Assembly: GCA_043797125.1 (NCBI GenBank)
Contig: JAZDPX010000032.1
Location: forward strand, 10,425-74,424
Direction: 5' to 3'
From: Candidatus Omnitrophota bacterium
GTDB lineage: Bacteria; Omnitrophota; Gorgyraeia; JABMRG01; JAFGKX01
DNA: 64,000 bases
The translations under genes were made by a program, and so were the position numbers. Positions within the stretch are counted from its first letter, which is position 1. Every line of letters begins with the position of its first letter. The notes beneath the pieces are model-generated. The model had not been told where the DNA came from. It searched no databases and saw only the letters and a program-made list of their open reading frames with translations. This document shows, one piece after another, positions 30,248 to 42,259 of the stretch.

Positions 30248-30424
30248 ATGAAAGTTATAATTGACGAATCGTTATGTACAGGATGCGGACTTTGCGAAAA
30301 TGTATGCCCGGAAATATTTAAGGTAGATGACAATGTAGCAAAAGTCATATCAAAGGATTTCTCCTCATGCGATCCGCAGCAGGCAGCGGATGACTGTCCT
30401 GTCACCGCAATAATTATAGAGTAA
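30248..30424 (+). CDS. Single-cluster ferredoxin
   Basis: CTGCGLC...CP and AADDCPVTAI; RBS GAGGAGG. Confidence 0.9.
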   Translation: MKVIIDESLCTGCGLCENVCPEIFKVDDNVAKVISKDFSSCDPQQAADDCPVTAIIIE

Positions 30425-32140
30425 TTGAACAACACCCAGATAGCAGATATATTTGACAAAATAGCCGATATACTTGAACTTAAAGGTGAAAACCCGTTTA
30501 AGATCCGCGCATATCGCAGGGGGGCTGTCTCTATCAGGTCAATGCCTCAAGAAGTATCCGAATTTGCCAAAAGCAATCCCCTTACGTCTTTACCCGGCAT
30601 AGGCAAGGACCTGTCAGAAAAAATAACAGAGCTAATAAACACACATTCTCTCAAATATTATGAAGACCTGAAAAAAGCCACGCCCGCAGGCCTTCTTGAT
30701 ATAATGACGATTCCCGGAGTAGGTCCGAAGACCACCAAGCTTTTATACGACTCACTTAATATAGACAGCATTGAAAAGCTAAAAAAACACGCCCAACAGC
30801 ATAAGCTAAGTAAACTCCCTCATTTAAAAGAAAAAACCGAACAAAATATATTAGAAGGCATAAGCTTTCTTGAGAAAAGCTCAGGGCGAATGCTTCTTGC
30901 CAACGCAGTGTCTGCGGCGGAGTCTGCAATAGATTACCTGAAAAAAGCTGCGCCTGGCGCTGTTTTTTCCGCGGCAGGAAGCACGCGCAGAATGAAAGAT
31001 ACCATAAGGGATATTGATATTCTTGCGGCATCAAAAAAGCCAAAAACGGTAATGGATGCATTTGTGCATATGCCGCATGTCGATAAAATATCATCTAGCG
31101 GTGAAACAAAATCCTCAATACTGACAAAGGAAAATATCCAAATAGACATGCGCGTTGTTGACCCAAGCTCTTACGGCGCGGCGCTCGTGTATTTTACAGG
31201 TTCAAAAGAGCACAATGTGGGGCTAAGGCACCTTGCTATGAAAAGAGGCCTTAAGATAAATGAATATGGCGTATTTAAACACAATACCAATAAAAGGATT
31301 GCCGGGAAAACCGAGCAGGAAGTATATAAAAGCGTAGGCCTGGAATTTATTCCCCCGGAATTGCGCGAAAACAGGGGCGAAATAGAAGCTGCCGCAAAAG
31401 CCAAGCTGCCTAAACTCATAGAGGCTAAAGACATAAAAGGGGATTTGCACGCGCATTCAGATTATTCGGATGGAAAGCACAAACTTCAGGATATAGCGCA
31501 GTATTGCAAGGAAATCGGTTACGAATATATTGCCATAACCGACCATTCAAAATCCCTTAAGATAACAGGCGGTTTAAGCGAAGAAGCGCTTGCGAAAAAG
31601 AACAAGGAGATAGACGCCTTAAATAAAAAAATAAAAGGCATTAAAATATTAAAAGGCGCGGAAGTGGATATAGATTCGCAAGGCCAACTTGATTATTCAG
31701 ACGATATTTTAAAAGACATGGATGTTGTTATAGCTGCCATACACACAAGTTTTAAGCAGCCCAAGGATATAATGACAAAAAGGATACTTAAGGCAATGGA
31801 TAACAAATATGTCCACATAATAGCGCACCCCACAGGAAGGCTGCTTAATACAAGAGAGGCCTGTCAGGTAGACTTAAACGCGGTTATTAAACACGCCAAA
31901 GACACAAAAACAGCGATAGAAATAAACGGTAACCCCCAGCGTCTTGATTTGGATGATATTCACGCAAAGCAAGCCGCTGAAATAGGAGTGAAGATTGTTT
32001 TAACTACTGATATGCACCGGCTTGAACAATTCGAGTATATGCGCTTCTGTGTATCAGTAGCCCGTCGGGCATGGCTTACCAAAGCTTGCGTCCTTAACAC
32101 GCTTTCAGCAAGTGCTTTCTTGCAGGCCTTGAGGAAGTAA
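30425..32140 (+). CDS. polX: DNA polymerase X with PHP exonuclease domain
   Basis: ENPFKIRAY, HhH motifs, GSxRR..DIDIL, YFTGSKEHN, PPELRE and DLHAHS..SDG. Confidence 0.95.
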   Translation: MNNTQIADIFDKIADILELKGENPFKIRAYRRGAVSIRSMPQEVSEFAKSNPLTSLPGIGKDLSEKITELINTHSLKYYEDLKKATPAGLLDIMTIPGVGPKTTKLLYDSLNIDSIEKLKKHAQQHKLSKLPHLKEKTEQNILEGISFLEKSSGRMLLANAVSAAESAIDYLKKAAPGAVFSAAGSTRRMKDTIRDIDILAASKKPKTVMDAFVHMPHVDKISSSGETKSSILTKENIQIDMRVVDPSSYGAALVYFTGSKEHNVGLRHLAMKRGLKINEYGVFKHNTNKRIAGKTEQEVYKSVGLEFIPPELRENRGEIEAAAKAKLPKLIEAKDIKGDLHAHSDYSDGKHKLQDIAQYCKEIGYEYIAITDHSKSLKITGGLSEEALAKKNKEIDALNKKIKGIKILKGAEVDIDSQGQLDYSDDILKDMDVVIAAIHTSFKQPKDIMTKRILKAMDNKYVHIIAHPTGRLLNTREACQVDLNAVIKHAKDTKTAIEINGNPQRLDLDDIHAKQAAEIGVKIVLTTDMHRLEQFEYMRFCVSVARRAWLTKACVLNTLSASAFLQALRK

Positions 32141-32146
32141 TAATAG

Positions 32147-32176
32147 CCGTAGCGGAGCCTTAAGGCTCCGCTACGG
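32147..32176. repeat. CTTAAG-centred perfect palindrome
   Basis: ccgtagcggagccttaaggctccgctacgg. Confidence 0.95.
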
Positions 32177-32188
32177 TTGTGGATTATA

Positions 32189-34960
32189 ATGAATAACAAA
32201 AACCATGATGTTATTGTAATCGGCGCGGGCCACGCAGGCTGCGAAGCTGCTTTGGCAAGTGCGCGCATGGGATGTCTCACCCTTATTATTACATTCAGCA
32301 AGGAGAAAATAGGATACATGTCCTGCAATCCGGCCATAGGCGGCTTGGGCAAGGGGCAGCTTGTCAAGGAAATCGATTCACTTGGCGGTGAAATGGCGCG
32401 CGCTACGGATTCCTGCGCAATACAATTCAGGATGTTGAATACCTCAAGAGGCGCTGCTGTGCGCTCATCGCGCGCGCAGGTTGACAGAAAAAGGTATTCT
32501 TTATATATGCAGAAGCAGCTGGCAAGCGAAAAAGGCCTCCAGATACTTGAGGATGAGGTTATAGGGTTAACGGTTAAAGGTGCGGTTGTTACAGGCGTAG
32601 AGCTTGCCGACGGAAATAAAATAAACGCCAAGGCAGTAATAGTAACTCCGGGCACATTTTTAAACGGTTTGATACACATTGGCATGAAAAGCTTTGAGGG
32701 CGGTAGGATAGAGGATAAAAAATCAAGCAAGCAGCTATCAGATTACTTAAAAGCCTTAGGGTTCAATATCCTGCGCTTTAAAACAGGCACATGCGCGCGT
32801 TTAGATGGCAAGACAATAGATTTTTCAAAGATGCAGCCTCAAATAGGTGACGAACCTCCTAAGCCTTTCTCCTTAAGCACGAAAAAACTTGATATTAACC
32901 AGGTTCCGTGTTATATTACTTATTCTAATAATAGGACACACGAGATTATTCTCAAAAATCTTGACCGCTCACCCCTATTTAGTGGAAAGATTACAGGCAC
33001 AGGCGTTCGCTACTGCCCTTCTTTTGAAGACAAGGTAGTTAAATTTCCTCATCACGATAGGCACCAGATATTTATTGAACCCGAAGGCAAGGATAGCGAT
33101 GAATTCTATCCTAACGGGCTTTCGACAAGTTTGCCGGAAGACGTTCAGATGGAGTTTATACATTCTATTCCCGGCTTGGAAAACGCCAAAGCCAACCGTT
33201 TAGGTTACGGGATAGAGCACGACGCAGTAGACCCGACGGCACTTTACCCTACTTTAGAAACAAAGCTCATTGAAAATTTGTATTTAGCCGGCCAGATTAA
33301 CGGCACAACAGGCTATGAAGAGGCAGCTGCTCAAGGCCTGATAGCAGGCATAAACGCCTCGTTAAAAGTAAAAAATAAACAGCCTTTGATTTTGGACCGT
33401 TCAAGCAGCTATATCGGAGTTTTAATAGACGATCTTACAACTAAAGGTACAAATGAGCCTTATCGCATGCTTACATCGAGAGTCGAATACAGGCTGCTTT
33501 TGCGCGAGGATAACGCTGATGCGCGTTTGCGTAAAATCGGTTTTGAGTTGGGCCTTGTAAGCGAGGCTGAATTGAAGGATACCGAGGAAAAGCAGAAAAA
33601 TATCGCGCAGGGAATAAAATATTTGGAAGAGCACAGCACATCCGTCGACGGCGAAAAGATCAATCTTTGCCAGTTTTTGAAGAGGCCGCAGGTAAGCATA
33701 GAAGGCATAAAGGAAAGTATACCCTTTGATTATTCCGCCGATGTACTTAAAGGCATTGAGATTGAAGTTAAATATTCAGGCTTCATCAAAAGGCAGTCCG
33801 CGCAGATAAGAAGCTTTAAAAATCTTGAGAAGATAAAAATACCCGCTAATTTAGATTACGTTAATATGAGCGCGCTTTCGCTTGAGACAAAAGAAAAGCT
33901 TTCCAAATTTAAGCCTGTGAATTTAGGCCAGGCGAGCAGGATATCGGGGATTACTCCGGCAGCGATAAGCGTGTTAATGATATACCTGAAGAAAGAGGGG
34001 ACGGTTCACTCCCAAGCGTGGAAAGTGTCCCCAAAGCACAGAAGTGGGGGTAAGGGGACACTTCCCAATCTTGGGAGTGAACCGTCCCCATATCGTAAAT
34101 TTTCACAATATTTAAAAGACAAATTCGGATGCAAAGTTTATAAAGTAAGCGTTGACGCGGGATTTGACTGTCCTAACCGCGACGGAAAGTTAAGCAAGGC
34201 AGGATGTATATTTTGCGATAATAAGGCGTTTAGTTTTAACAGCCGTTTTAGTCAAAAGCCGCTTAAAAAACAGATAGAAGACGGTATAGCGTTCGGTAAA
34301 AACAGGTACGCGGCAGAAAAATTCATAATATATTTTCAAGCTAATACAAACACATACGCGCCGGTTTGTGTTCTTAAGGAAAAATACGACACAGTTAAAG
34401 AATTCGGCGATATAGCAGGTATAAGCATAGGCACTAGGCCTGATTGCGTTAATGATGAGATTTTAGATTTAATAGCAAGCTATGCGTCAGATTACGATGT
34501 GTGGGTTGAGTATGGTTTGCAGAGCATACATAAAAAATCTTTGGAATTTTTAAACAGAAACCATTCTTACGAAGATTTTTTGGACGCTGTTCGAAAAGCA
34601 AAAAAAAGAAACATTAAGATATGCGCGCATGTGATTATAGGCCTTCCCAACGAAACGAAAGATGAAATTTTACAGACAGCAAAGGAGCTGGCGCGTCTTA
34701 AAATAGACGGCGTAAAAATTCATCCTCTTTATATTGTAAAGGGAACAAGCCTTGAAGCGCTTTTTAGAAGCAGTGTGTATAAACCGCTGGAATTAGATGA
34801 GTTTGTAAATCTGGCAGCGGCATTTTTGGAGAATCTTTCGCCGGACACCGTGGTCCAGCGAATAGGCGCTGATTGCCCTCCGGAAATGCTTGTTGAGCCG
34901 TCGTGGATACTTGAAAAGGAAAGAGTTCTTAACATGTTGGATGAAAAGCTAAGGAGTTAA
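32189..34960 (+). CDS. mnmG: MnmG (GidA) fused in frame to a YhcC/TIGR01212-like radical SAM protein
   Basis: GAGHAGCEAA, MSCNPAIGG, RYCPS, AGQINGTTGYEEAAAQG, SRISGITPA; then CPNRDG....GCIFC, TRPD, VEYGLQS, KIHPL. Confidence 0.9.
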   Translation: MNNKNHDVIVIGAGHAGCEAALASARMGCLTLIITFSKEKIGYMSCNPAIGGLGKGQLVKEIDSLGGEMARATDSCAIQFRMLNTSRGAAVRSSRAQVDRKRYSLYMQKQLASEKGLQILEDEVIGLTVKGAVVTGVELADGNKINAKAVIVTPGTFLNGLIHIGMKSFEGGRIEDKKSSKQLSDYLKALGFNILRFKTGTCARLDGKTIDFSKMQPQIGDEPPKPFSLSTKKLDINQVPCYITYSNNRTHEIILKNLDRSPLFSGKITGTGVRYCPSFEDKVVKFPHHDRHQIFIEPEGKDSDEFYPNGLSTSLPEDVQMEFIHSIPGLENAKANRLGYGIEHDAVDPTALYPTLETKLIENLYLAGQINGTTGYEEAAAQGLIAGINASLKVKNKQPLILDRSSSYIGVLIDDLTTKGTNEPYRMLTSRVEYRLLLREDNADARLRKIGFELGLVSEAELKDTEEKQKNIAQGIKYLEEHSTSVDGEKINLCQFLKRPQVSIEGIKESIPFDYSADVLKGIEIEVKYSGFIKRQSAQIRSFKNLEKIKIPANLDYVNMSALSLETKEKLSKFKPVNLGQASRISGITPAAISVLMIYLKKEGTVHSQAWKVSPKHRSGGKGTLPNLGSEPSPYRKFSQYLKDKFGCKVYKVSVDAGFDCPNRDGKLSKAGCIFCDNKAFSFNSRFSQKPLKKQIEDGIAFGKNRYAAEKFIIYFQANTNTYAPVCVLKEKYDTVKEFGDIAGISIGTRPDCVNDEILDLIASYASDYDVWVEYGLQSIHKKSLEFLNRNHSYEDFLDAVRKAKKRNIKICAHVIIGLPNETKDEILQTAKELARLKIDGVKIHPLYIVKGTSLEALFRSSVYKPLELDEFVNLAAAFLENLSPDTVVQRIGADCPPEMLVEPSWILEKERVLNMLDEKLRS
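33997..34089. repeat. 93-bp GGGGAC...GTCCCC inverted-repeat element forming the fusion linker
   Basis: Two inverted 36-bp units (33997-34032 and 34054-34089), 33/36 complementary. Confidence 0.9.
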
Positions 34961-36304
<1,344 letters not shown>

Positions 36305-36321
36305 AAAAAAGGGAGCGCGTT

Positions 36322-39300
36322 ATGCCAAGAAGAGACGATATCCATAAAGTGTTGATTATCGGCTCAGGCCCTATAATTATCGGACAGGCTTGCGAGTTTG
36401 ATTATTCAGGCACGCAGGCCTGCAAGGCCCTGAGAGAAGAGGGATATGAAATAGTGCTGGTGAATTCCAACCCGGCTACAATCATGACAGACCCGGGCAT
36501 GGCTGATAAAACATATATCGAGCCGCTTACGCCGGAGAGCCTTGAAAAGATTATAGAGATAGAAAGGCCGGACGCGCTTTTGCCTAATTTAGGCGGTCAG
36601 ACCGGGCTTAATCTAGCTTCCATGCTTTTTAAGAGCGGCGTGTTAAAAAAATACAACGTTGAGATTATAGGCGTTAAGGCCGATGCTATTGAGCGCGGAG
36701 AAGACAGAATAGCATTTAAGGAGACAATGAATAAACTCGGCATCTCGATACCAAAATCAAAACATTGTTATTCCGTTGAAGATGCGGAAAAGATAGCGGA
36801 AGAGCTAGGGTTTCCTGTTGTATTGCGCCCCGCGTATACGCTTGGCGGCACAGGCGGCGGGATGGTCTATAACGTTGAAGAATTAAGAGTTGTTACAGCC
36901 AGGGGCCTTGCGGCAAGCATAATAGGCCAGGTCTTAGTCGAGGAATCGGTCTTAGGCTGGGAGGAATTGGAGCTTGAAGTTGTAAGAGACGCGAAAAATC
37001 AGAAGATAACAGTCTGCTTTATTGAAAACATCGACGCGATGGGCGTGCACACAGGCGACAGCTTCTGCGCAGCCCCGATGCTGACTGTGCCCCAACCTTT
37101 GCAAAAACGCATGCAGGAACTTTCGTATAAGATCGTAGACGCAATCGGCGTTATCGGCGGGACAAACATACAGTTTGCCCATAATTTGGAAGACGATAGA
37201 TTAGTTGTCATCGAGATTAACCCGAGGACATCGCGTTCTTCAGCGCTCGCGTCCAAGGCGACAGGTTTTCCCATTGCGCGCATATCAACAATGCTTGCGG
37301 CAGGCCTTACCATGGATGAAATTCCATACTGGAGAAAAGGCACCCTTGAGAAATATGAGCCATGGGGAGATTATGTTGTAATTAAATTCGCGCGCTGGGC
37401 ATTTGAAAAATTCCCGCAGGCAAAAGACATCTTAGGCACGCAGATGAGGGCCGTGGGCGAAGTTATGAGCATAGGCAAGACCTTTAAAGAGGCGTTCCAG
37501 AAAGCAATTCGCTCTCTTGAGATAAAAAGATACGGAGTCGGAGGGGCAAAGAATTTTAAACAGTTGCCGCTTGAGGAATTAATGAAAAGATTAGTCAACC
37601 CGTCAAGCGAACGTATCTTTTTAATGTACGAGGCCCTTAGAAAAGGGGCAAGTGTTGAAGAACTTTATAGGCTTACATACATAGGCCGCTACTTCATACA
37701 GGAAATGAAAGACCTTGTTGAATGTGAAGAGGAGCTTCTTAAGTACAAATGGAACAGCCTGCCGGATGCAAAACTCGCTAAAGCAAAAGAATGGGGTTTT
37801 TCGGATAAATATTTATCGCAGCTGTTTAATGTTAAGGAGTCTGAAGTAAGAAAGAAAAGAATTGCTATAGGAAAATACGGAAGATTCGAGGCAGTGCCTG
37901 TAAGCGGCGTTGAAAACGCGGCGTATTATTATTCCACGTATATCGCCGAGGATTCGGTGCCGGTGTCAAAGAATAAAAAGGTCATGATCTTAGGCGGCGG
38001 GCCGAACAGAATAGGGCAGGGTATTGAGTTTGACTATACCTGCGTTCACGCGGCCTTTGCCTTGCGGGATGAGGGTTACGAATCTATTATGGTGAATTGC
38101 AACCCCGAGACAGTGTCAACGGATTACGATACGTCAAACAAGCTGTATTTTGAGCCTCTTACGGTTGAAGATGTATTGACAATTTACGAAAAAGAAAAAC
38201 CCGAAGGCGTTATTGTGCAATTCGGCGGGCAGACACCGTTAAATATAGCGCAGGAACTTAAAGATAACGGCGTGAAGATTCTGGGCACCACTCCCGAGAG
38301 CATCAATTTTGCGGAGGATAGGGAACGTTTTCGCGAGAAGATGATAAAGCTTGATATCCTGCAGCCTGAAAGCGGAACGGCAAGGTCTTTGGAAGAGGCT
38401 GTAAAAATTGCCAAAAAAATAGGATATCCTCTTATGGTCAGGCCTTCCTATGTTTTGGGCGGCCGAGGCATGGAAGTGATATATGAAGAGTCTATGCTGG
38501 AAAAATACGCGAAAGAGGCCATTGAGGTGAGCCCGGAACACCCGATGCTTATTGATAAATTTCTTGAGCAGGCGATTGAGTTAGAAGTGGATGCGCTTTG
38601 CGACGGAAAAGATACTTTTGTCGCTTCTGTTATGGAGCATATAGAACTCGCAGGAGTTCATTCCGGGGATTCCGCATGCGCTATTCCTACAAGGACAATT
38701 TCCCAGAAACATCTTAAGACAGTTGAGGATTATACTGACCGCATTGCAAAAGAGCTGAAAGTGGTGGGGCTTATTAACATACAGTTCGCAATCTGCAATG
38801 ACAAGGTGTATATCCTTGAGGCAAACCCGAGGGCATCGCGCACCGTGCCTATTGTTTCCAAAGTAATGAATATTCCGATAGCGCGCATAGCAACTCAGGT
38901 TGTGATGGGTAAGAAGCTGAAATGTTTTCCTGAACTTGTGAAGAAGGCGCTTCCTTACGTAGGCGTAAAAGAGGCGGTGTTTCCTTTTAATATGTTTCCC
39001 GAAGTTGACCCGCTGCTTGGCCCTGAAATGAGGGCGACAGGCGAAGTTATGGGAATAGCCAATACTTTTGCGCTCGCGTTCTATAAGGCGCAGCAGGCCA
39101 CACCCGCAAAGCTTCCTATAACGGGAAATGTTCTTCTTACGGTATCAGATCAGGATAAAAAGGCCCTGCTTCCTATTGCAAAAAAGATTAAGGAGCTCGG
39201 GTTTAATATTTACGCGACTGAAAACACAAGCAGTTTTCTTACGCAGAATAATATCGCAAACACCCGTATAAAGAAACTGCACGAGGGGGGAAGGCCCAAC

Positions 39301-39570
39301 ATAGCGGACGCCATAAAAAACAAGGACATAAGCCTTATTATAAATACGCCTGTGGGCAAAAGCAGCAAGCACGATGACAGCTACATACGCATGATGGCAA
39401 TACAGTATAAACTGCCGTATATCACATCAATGGCAGCTGCGCAGGCGAGCATTGAAGGCATCGAAGCCGCAAAAAAAGATAAGGCATTGCCAAAGGCGCT
39501 ACAGGATTATTATAAGGAGCTCGATACAAAAAACGTTTCCAAAAAGAAACATCCGGTCAAGGTTAAATAA
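36322..39570 (+). CDS. carB: Carbamoyl-phosphate synthase large subunit
   Basis: [17 protein letters not shown], duplicated ATP-grasp domains, C-terminal MGS domain. Confidence 0.97.
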   Translation: MPRRDDIHKVLIIGSGPIIIGQACEFDYSGTQACKALREEGYEIVLVNSNPATIMTDPGMADKTYIEPLTPESLEKIIEIERPDALLPNLGGQTGLNLASMLFKSGVLKKYNVEIIGVKADAIERGEDRIAFKETMNKLGISIPKSKHCYSVEDAEKIAEELGFPVVLRPAYTLGGTGGGMVYNVEELRVVTARGLAASIIGQVLVEESVLGWEELELEVVRDAKNQKITVCFIENIDAMGVHTGDSFCAAPMLTVPQPLQKRMQELSYKIVDAIGVIGGTNIQFAHNLEDDRLVVIEINPRTSRSSALASKATGFPIARISTMLAAGLTMDEIPYWRKGTLEKYEPWGDYVVIKFARWAFEKFPQAKDILGTQMRAVGEVMSIGKTFKEAFQKAIRSLEIKRYGVGGAKNFKQLPLEELMKRLVNPSSERIFLMYEALRKGASVEELYRLTYIGRYFIQEMKDLVECEEELLKYKWNSLPDAKLAKAKEWGFSDKYLSQLFNVKESEVRKKRIAIGKYGRFEAVPVSGVENAAYYYSTYIAEDSVPVSKNKKVMILGGGPNRIGQGIEFDYTCVHAAFALRDEGYESIMVNCNPETVSTDYDTSNKLYFEPLTVEDVLTIYEKEKPEGVIVQFGGQTPLNIAQELKDNGVKILGTTPESINFAEDRERFREKMIKLDILQPESGTARSLEEAVKIAKKIGYPLMVRPSYVLGGRGMEVIYEESMLEKYAKEAIEVSPEHPMLIDKFLEQAIELEVDALCDGKDTFVASVMEHIELAGVHSGDSACAIPTRTISQKHLKTVEDYTDRIAKELKVVGLINIQFAICNDKVYILEANPRASRTVPIVSKVMNIPIARIATQVVMGKKLKCFPELVKKALPYVGVKEAVFPFNMFPEVDPLLGPEMRATGEVMGIANTFALAFYKAQQATPAKLPITGNVLLTVSDQDKKALLPIAKKIKELGFNIYATENTSSFLTQNNIANTRIKKLHEGGRPNIADAIKNKDISLIINTPVGKSSKHDDSYIRMMAIQYKLPYITSMAAAQASIEGIEAAKKDKALPKALQDYYKELDTKNVSKKKHPVKVK

Positions 39571-39571
39571 A

Positions 39572-41113
39572 ATGCAAAAAGACTGGGTAGCTGTTTTAGA
39601 TTTTGGCTCTCAATACACGCACCTTATTGCAAGGCGCATAAGAGAGTGCGGGGTATATTCCCAGATAGTTTCGTGCGATATAAGCAGCAAAAAGCTTATT
39701 AACATAAAGCCTTGCGCTATTGTGCTCTCAGGCGGGCCGGCAAGCGTTACAGCGAAAAATGCCCCAAAGCCCGACGGAAGAATTTTTGATTTAGGGCTCC
39801 CTATGCTTGGCATATGTTACGGCGCGCAGCTTATGGCAGAAGCGCTAGGAGGCAAAGTAAAAAAGGCAAGAGCCAGGGAATATGGCAAGGCCATTGTGGC
39901 TGTTAAATCCAAAAAAGATTTATTTAACGGGCTTGCTTCAAAAGAAAAAGTTTGGATGAGCCACGGCGATATGATCTCGCAACTACCAAAAGGTTTTCGC
40001 ATAATAGGTTCAAGCGTAAATTGTCCTGTCGCGGCAATGGCTGATGAAGAAAAAAGATTTTACGGGCTGCAATTTCATCCTGAAGTCGCGCACACCGATA
40101 AAGGCAAAAAAATCCTGCGCAATTTCCTAACCAGCATCGCTCATTGTAAGCCTCAATGGCGCATGAGCTCTTTTGTAAAAGATACAATAAACAAGCTGCG
40201 CAAGGAAATAGGCAAGGAAAAAGTCCTATGCGCTTTAAGCGGAGGCGTTGATTCTTCTGTTTTGGCGATACTGCTCCATAAGGCAATCGGCAAACAGTTG
40301 ACAGCCATGTTCATAGACAACGGTTTATTGAGAAAAAACGAAGCGCAAAGCGTATTAAAGAGATTCAAGGGCCACTATAGGATTAATCTTAAATTTGTAG
40401 ATGCCGAAGATGCTTTCTTAAAGGCCCTTAAGGGTGTTACAGACCCTGAGAAAAAACGTAAAATCATCGGCAGGATTTTTATAGAAGTTTTTGAAACGGG
40501 AGCGAAAAAACTCGGGGAGATTAAATTTCTGGCTCAAGGGACGTTGTATCCCGATGTAATTGAATCAAAGTCCCCTCTCGGTGGGCCATCTGCAACTATA
40601 AAAACGCATCATAATGTCGGCGGGCTGCCTAAGAATTTAAGGTTTAAGCTTATAGAGCCGCTTAAAGAATTATTTAAAGACGAGGTAAGGCTTGTAGGCG
40701 AAGAATTGGGGTTGCCTGAAGAAATTATTTACAGGCAGCCTTTTCCGGGCCCGGGCCTGGCTGTAAGGATTTTGGGCGCGATAACAAACGAGAGGCTTAA
40801 TATTTTGCGCGAGGCAGACTCAATTTTAATAGACGAGATAAAAAGATTTGGTTTTTATCGCAAACTATGGCAGGCCTTCTGCGTGCTTTTGCCTGTAAAG
40901 ACCGTCGGAGTTATGGGCGATGAGCGAACTTATGAAAACGTTATAGCAATAAGGGCGGTTACAAGCGAAGACGCGATGACAGCGCATTGGGCGAAATTGC
41001 CGCATGAGCTACTTGAATGCGTTTCAAATAGAATAATAAACGAGGTAAAAGGCATAAACAGAGTGGTGTATGATATTTCATCAAAGCCGCCGAGTACTAT
41101 AGAATGGGAATGA
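39572..41113 (+). CDS. guaA: GMP synthase
   Basis: DFGSQY, GICYG, QFHPEV, SGGVDS and terminal KPPSTIEWE. Confidence 0.97.
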   Translation: MQKDWVAVLDFGSQYTHLIARRIRECGVYSQIVSCDISSKKLINIKPCAIVLSGGPASVTAKNAPKPDGRIFDLGLPMLGICYGAQLMAEALGGKVKKARAREYGKAIVAVKSKKDLFNGLASKEKVWMSHGDMISQLPKGFRIIGSSVNCPVAAMADEEKRFYGLQFHPEVAHTDKGKKILRNFLTSIAHCKPQWRMSSFVKDTINKLRKEIGKEKVLCALSGGVDSSVLAILLHKAIGKQLTAMFIDNGLLRKNEAQSVLKRFKGHYRINLKFVDAEDAFLKALKGVTDPEKKRKIIGRIFIEVFETGAKKLGEIKFLAQGTLYPDVIESKSPLGGPSATIKTHHNVGGLPKNLRFKLIEPLKELFKDEVRLVGEELGLPEEIIYRQPFPGPGLAVRILGAITNERLNILREADSILIDEIKRFGFYRKLWQAFCVLLPVKTVGVMGDERTYENVIAIRAVTSEDAMTAHWAKLPHELLECVSNRIINEVKGINRVVYDISSKPPSTIEWE

Positions 41114-41312
41114 AATGAGGACGCGATTTAGCGAGCGATAGCGAAGCTAAATCGCATGTCCGAATTTCACCCTTGACATTTTGTGTCCGACTTACCTTCA
41201 GGCAAAATGTCAAGGGTTTAATTCGCACCTTCATAGGGGAAATTCATAGAAGAATTAATTTATGTCAACCAAAGGGTTGCCATAAATTAAGTGCTCATTA
41301 AAGGAGTGAGGG

Positions 41313-41564
41313 ATGTTAAAAGCTGAAGTTTATATTACGTTAAAAAAGACAATAGCGGATCCGCAGGGCCTGATTATAAAGCACGCCCTTGAATCTTTGG
41401 GATACGGTTCTGTAAAAGAAGCAAGGGTGGGAAAGATGGTCATTGTAACTTTGGACACCGATGACAAAAAACAGGCCCAAAAACAGCTTGACCAGATGTG
41501 CAAAAAGCTTTTGGCGAATCCGGTTATCGAGGATTATAGGTTTGTTATAACAGAGGCAAAATGA
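41313..41564 (+). CDS. purS: FGAM synthase subunit PurS
   Basis: DPQG and LLANPVIE motifs. Confidence 0.95.
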   Translation: MLKAEVYITLKKTIADPQGLIIKHALESLGYGSVKEARVGKMVIVTLDTDDKKQAQKQLDQMCKKLLANPVIEDYRFVITEAK

Positions 41565-42259
41565 AATTCGCCGTTGTAGTATTCCCCGGTTCAAATTGCG
41601 ACCAGGACTGCTTTTATGTGGTTAAGGAAGTTTTAAAGCAGCCGGTTGAATATATATGGCACAAAGACACGAGCGTAAATAGCTTTGATTGCATTATCCT
41701 GCCCGGCGGTTTTAGCTACGGCGATTATTTAAGGACAGGGGCGGTTGCCAGGTTTTCCCCGATAATGAAGGAGATAGTCAAGTTTGCTAAAGAAGGCAGG
41801 ACAGTTATCGGTATATGCAACGGCTTTCAGATTTTGCTTGAGGCGGGGCTTTTGCCCGGGGCAATGCTTCGAAATACAGGGCTTCATTTTATCTGCAGGC
41901 ATGTCTATATAAGAACAGAAAATACAAAGACAAGATTTACCTCGTCGTGCAAAACGGACCAGGTCTTAAAAATACCCATTGCGCATAACGAAGGCAATTA
42001 CTATATAGACAAAAAGGGATTAAAAAAGCTGCAGGATAACAACCAGATAGTATTCAGGTACTGCAGCAAGCAGGGTAAGGTAAATGATGAGCACAATCCA
42101 AACGGGGCGCTGGATAATATAGCGGGTATTATAAATAAAAAGGGCAATGTCTTGGGGCTGATGCCGCATCCTGAAAGAAGTTCAGAAGAGGCACTAGGCT
42201 CAAGAGACGGTTTTTTAATTTTTGATTCAATTGTAAAATGGTTAAAACAAAAGCAATAG
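41561..42259 (+). CDS. purQ: FGAM synthase glutaminase PurQ
   Basis: [24 protein letters not shown] and MPHPER motifs. Confidence 0.96.
   Translation: MKFAVVVFPGSNCDQDCFYVVKEVLKQPVEYIWHKDTSVNSFDCIILPGGFSYGDYLRTGAVARFSPIMKEIVKFAKEGRTVIGICNGFQILLEAGLLPGAMLRNTGLHFICRHVYIRTENTKTRFTSSCKTDQVLKIPIAHNEGNYYIDKKGLKKLQDNNQIVFRYCSKQGKVNDEHNPNGALDNIAGIINKKGNVLGLMPHPERSSEEALGSRDGFLIFDSIVKWLKQKQ

Noticed and set aside
36322-39570. carB without an adjacent carA
   Set aside because: Split carA/carB is common, and carA may lie outside the window.
41090-41113. guaA 3' end as an island attachment site
   Set aside because: No integrase or duplicated end; purS follows directly.
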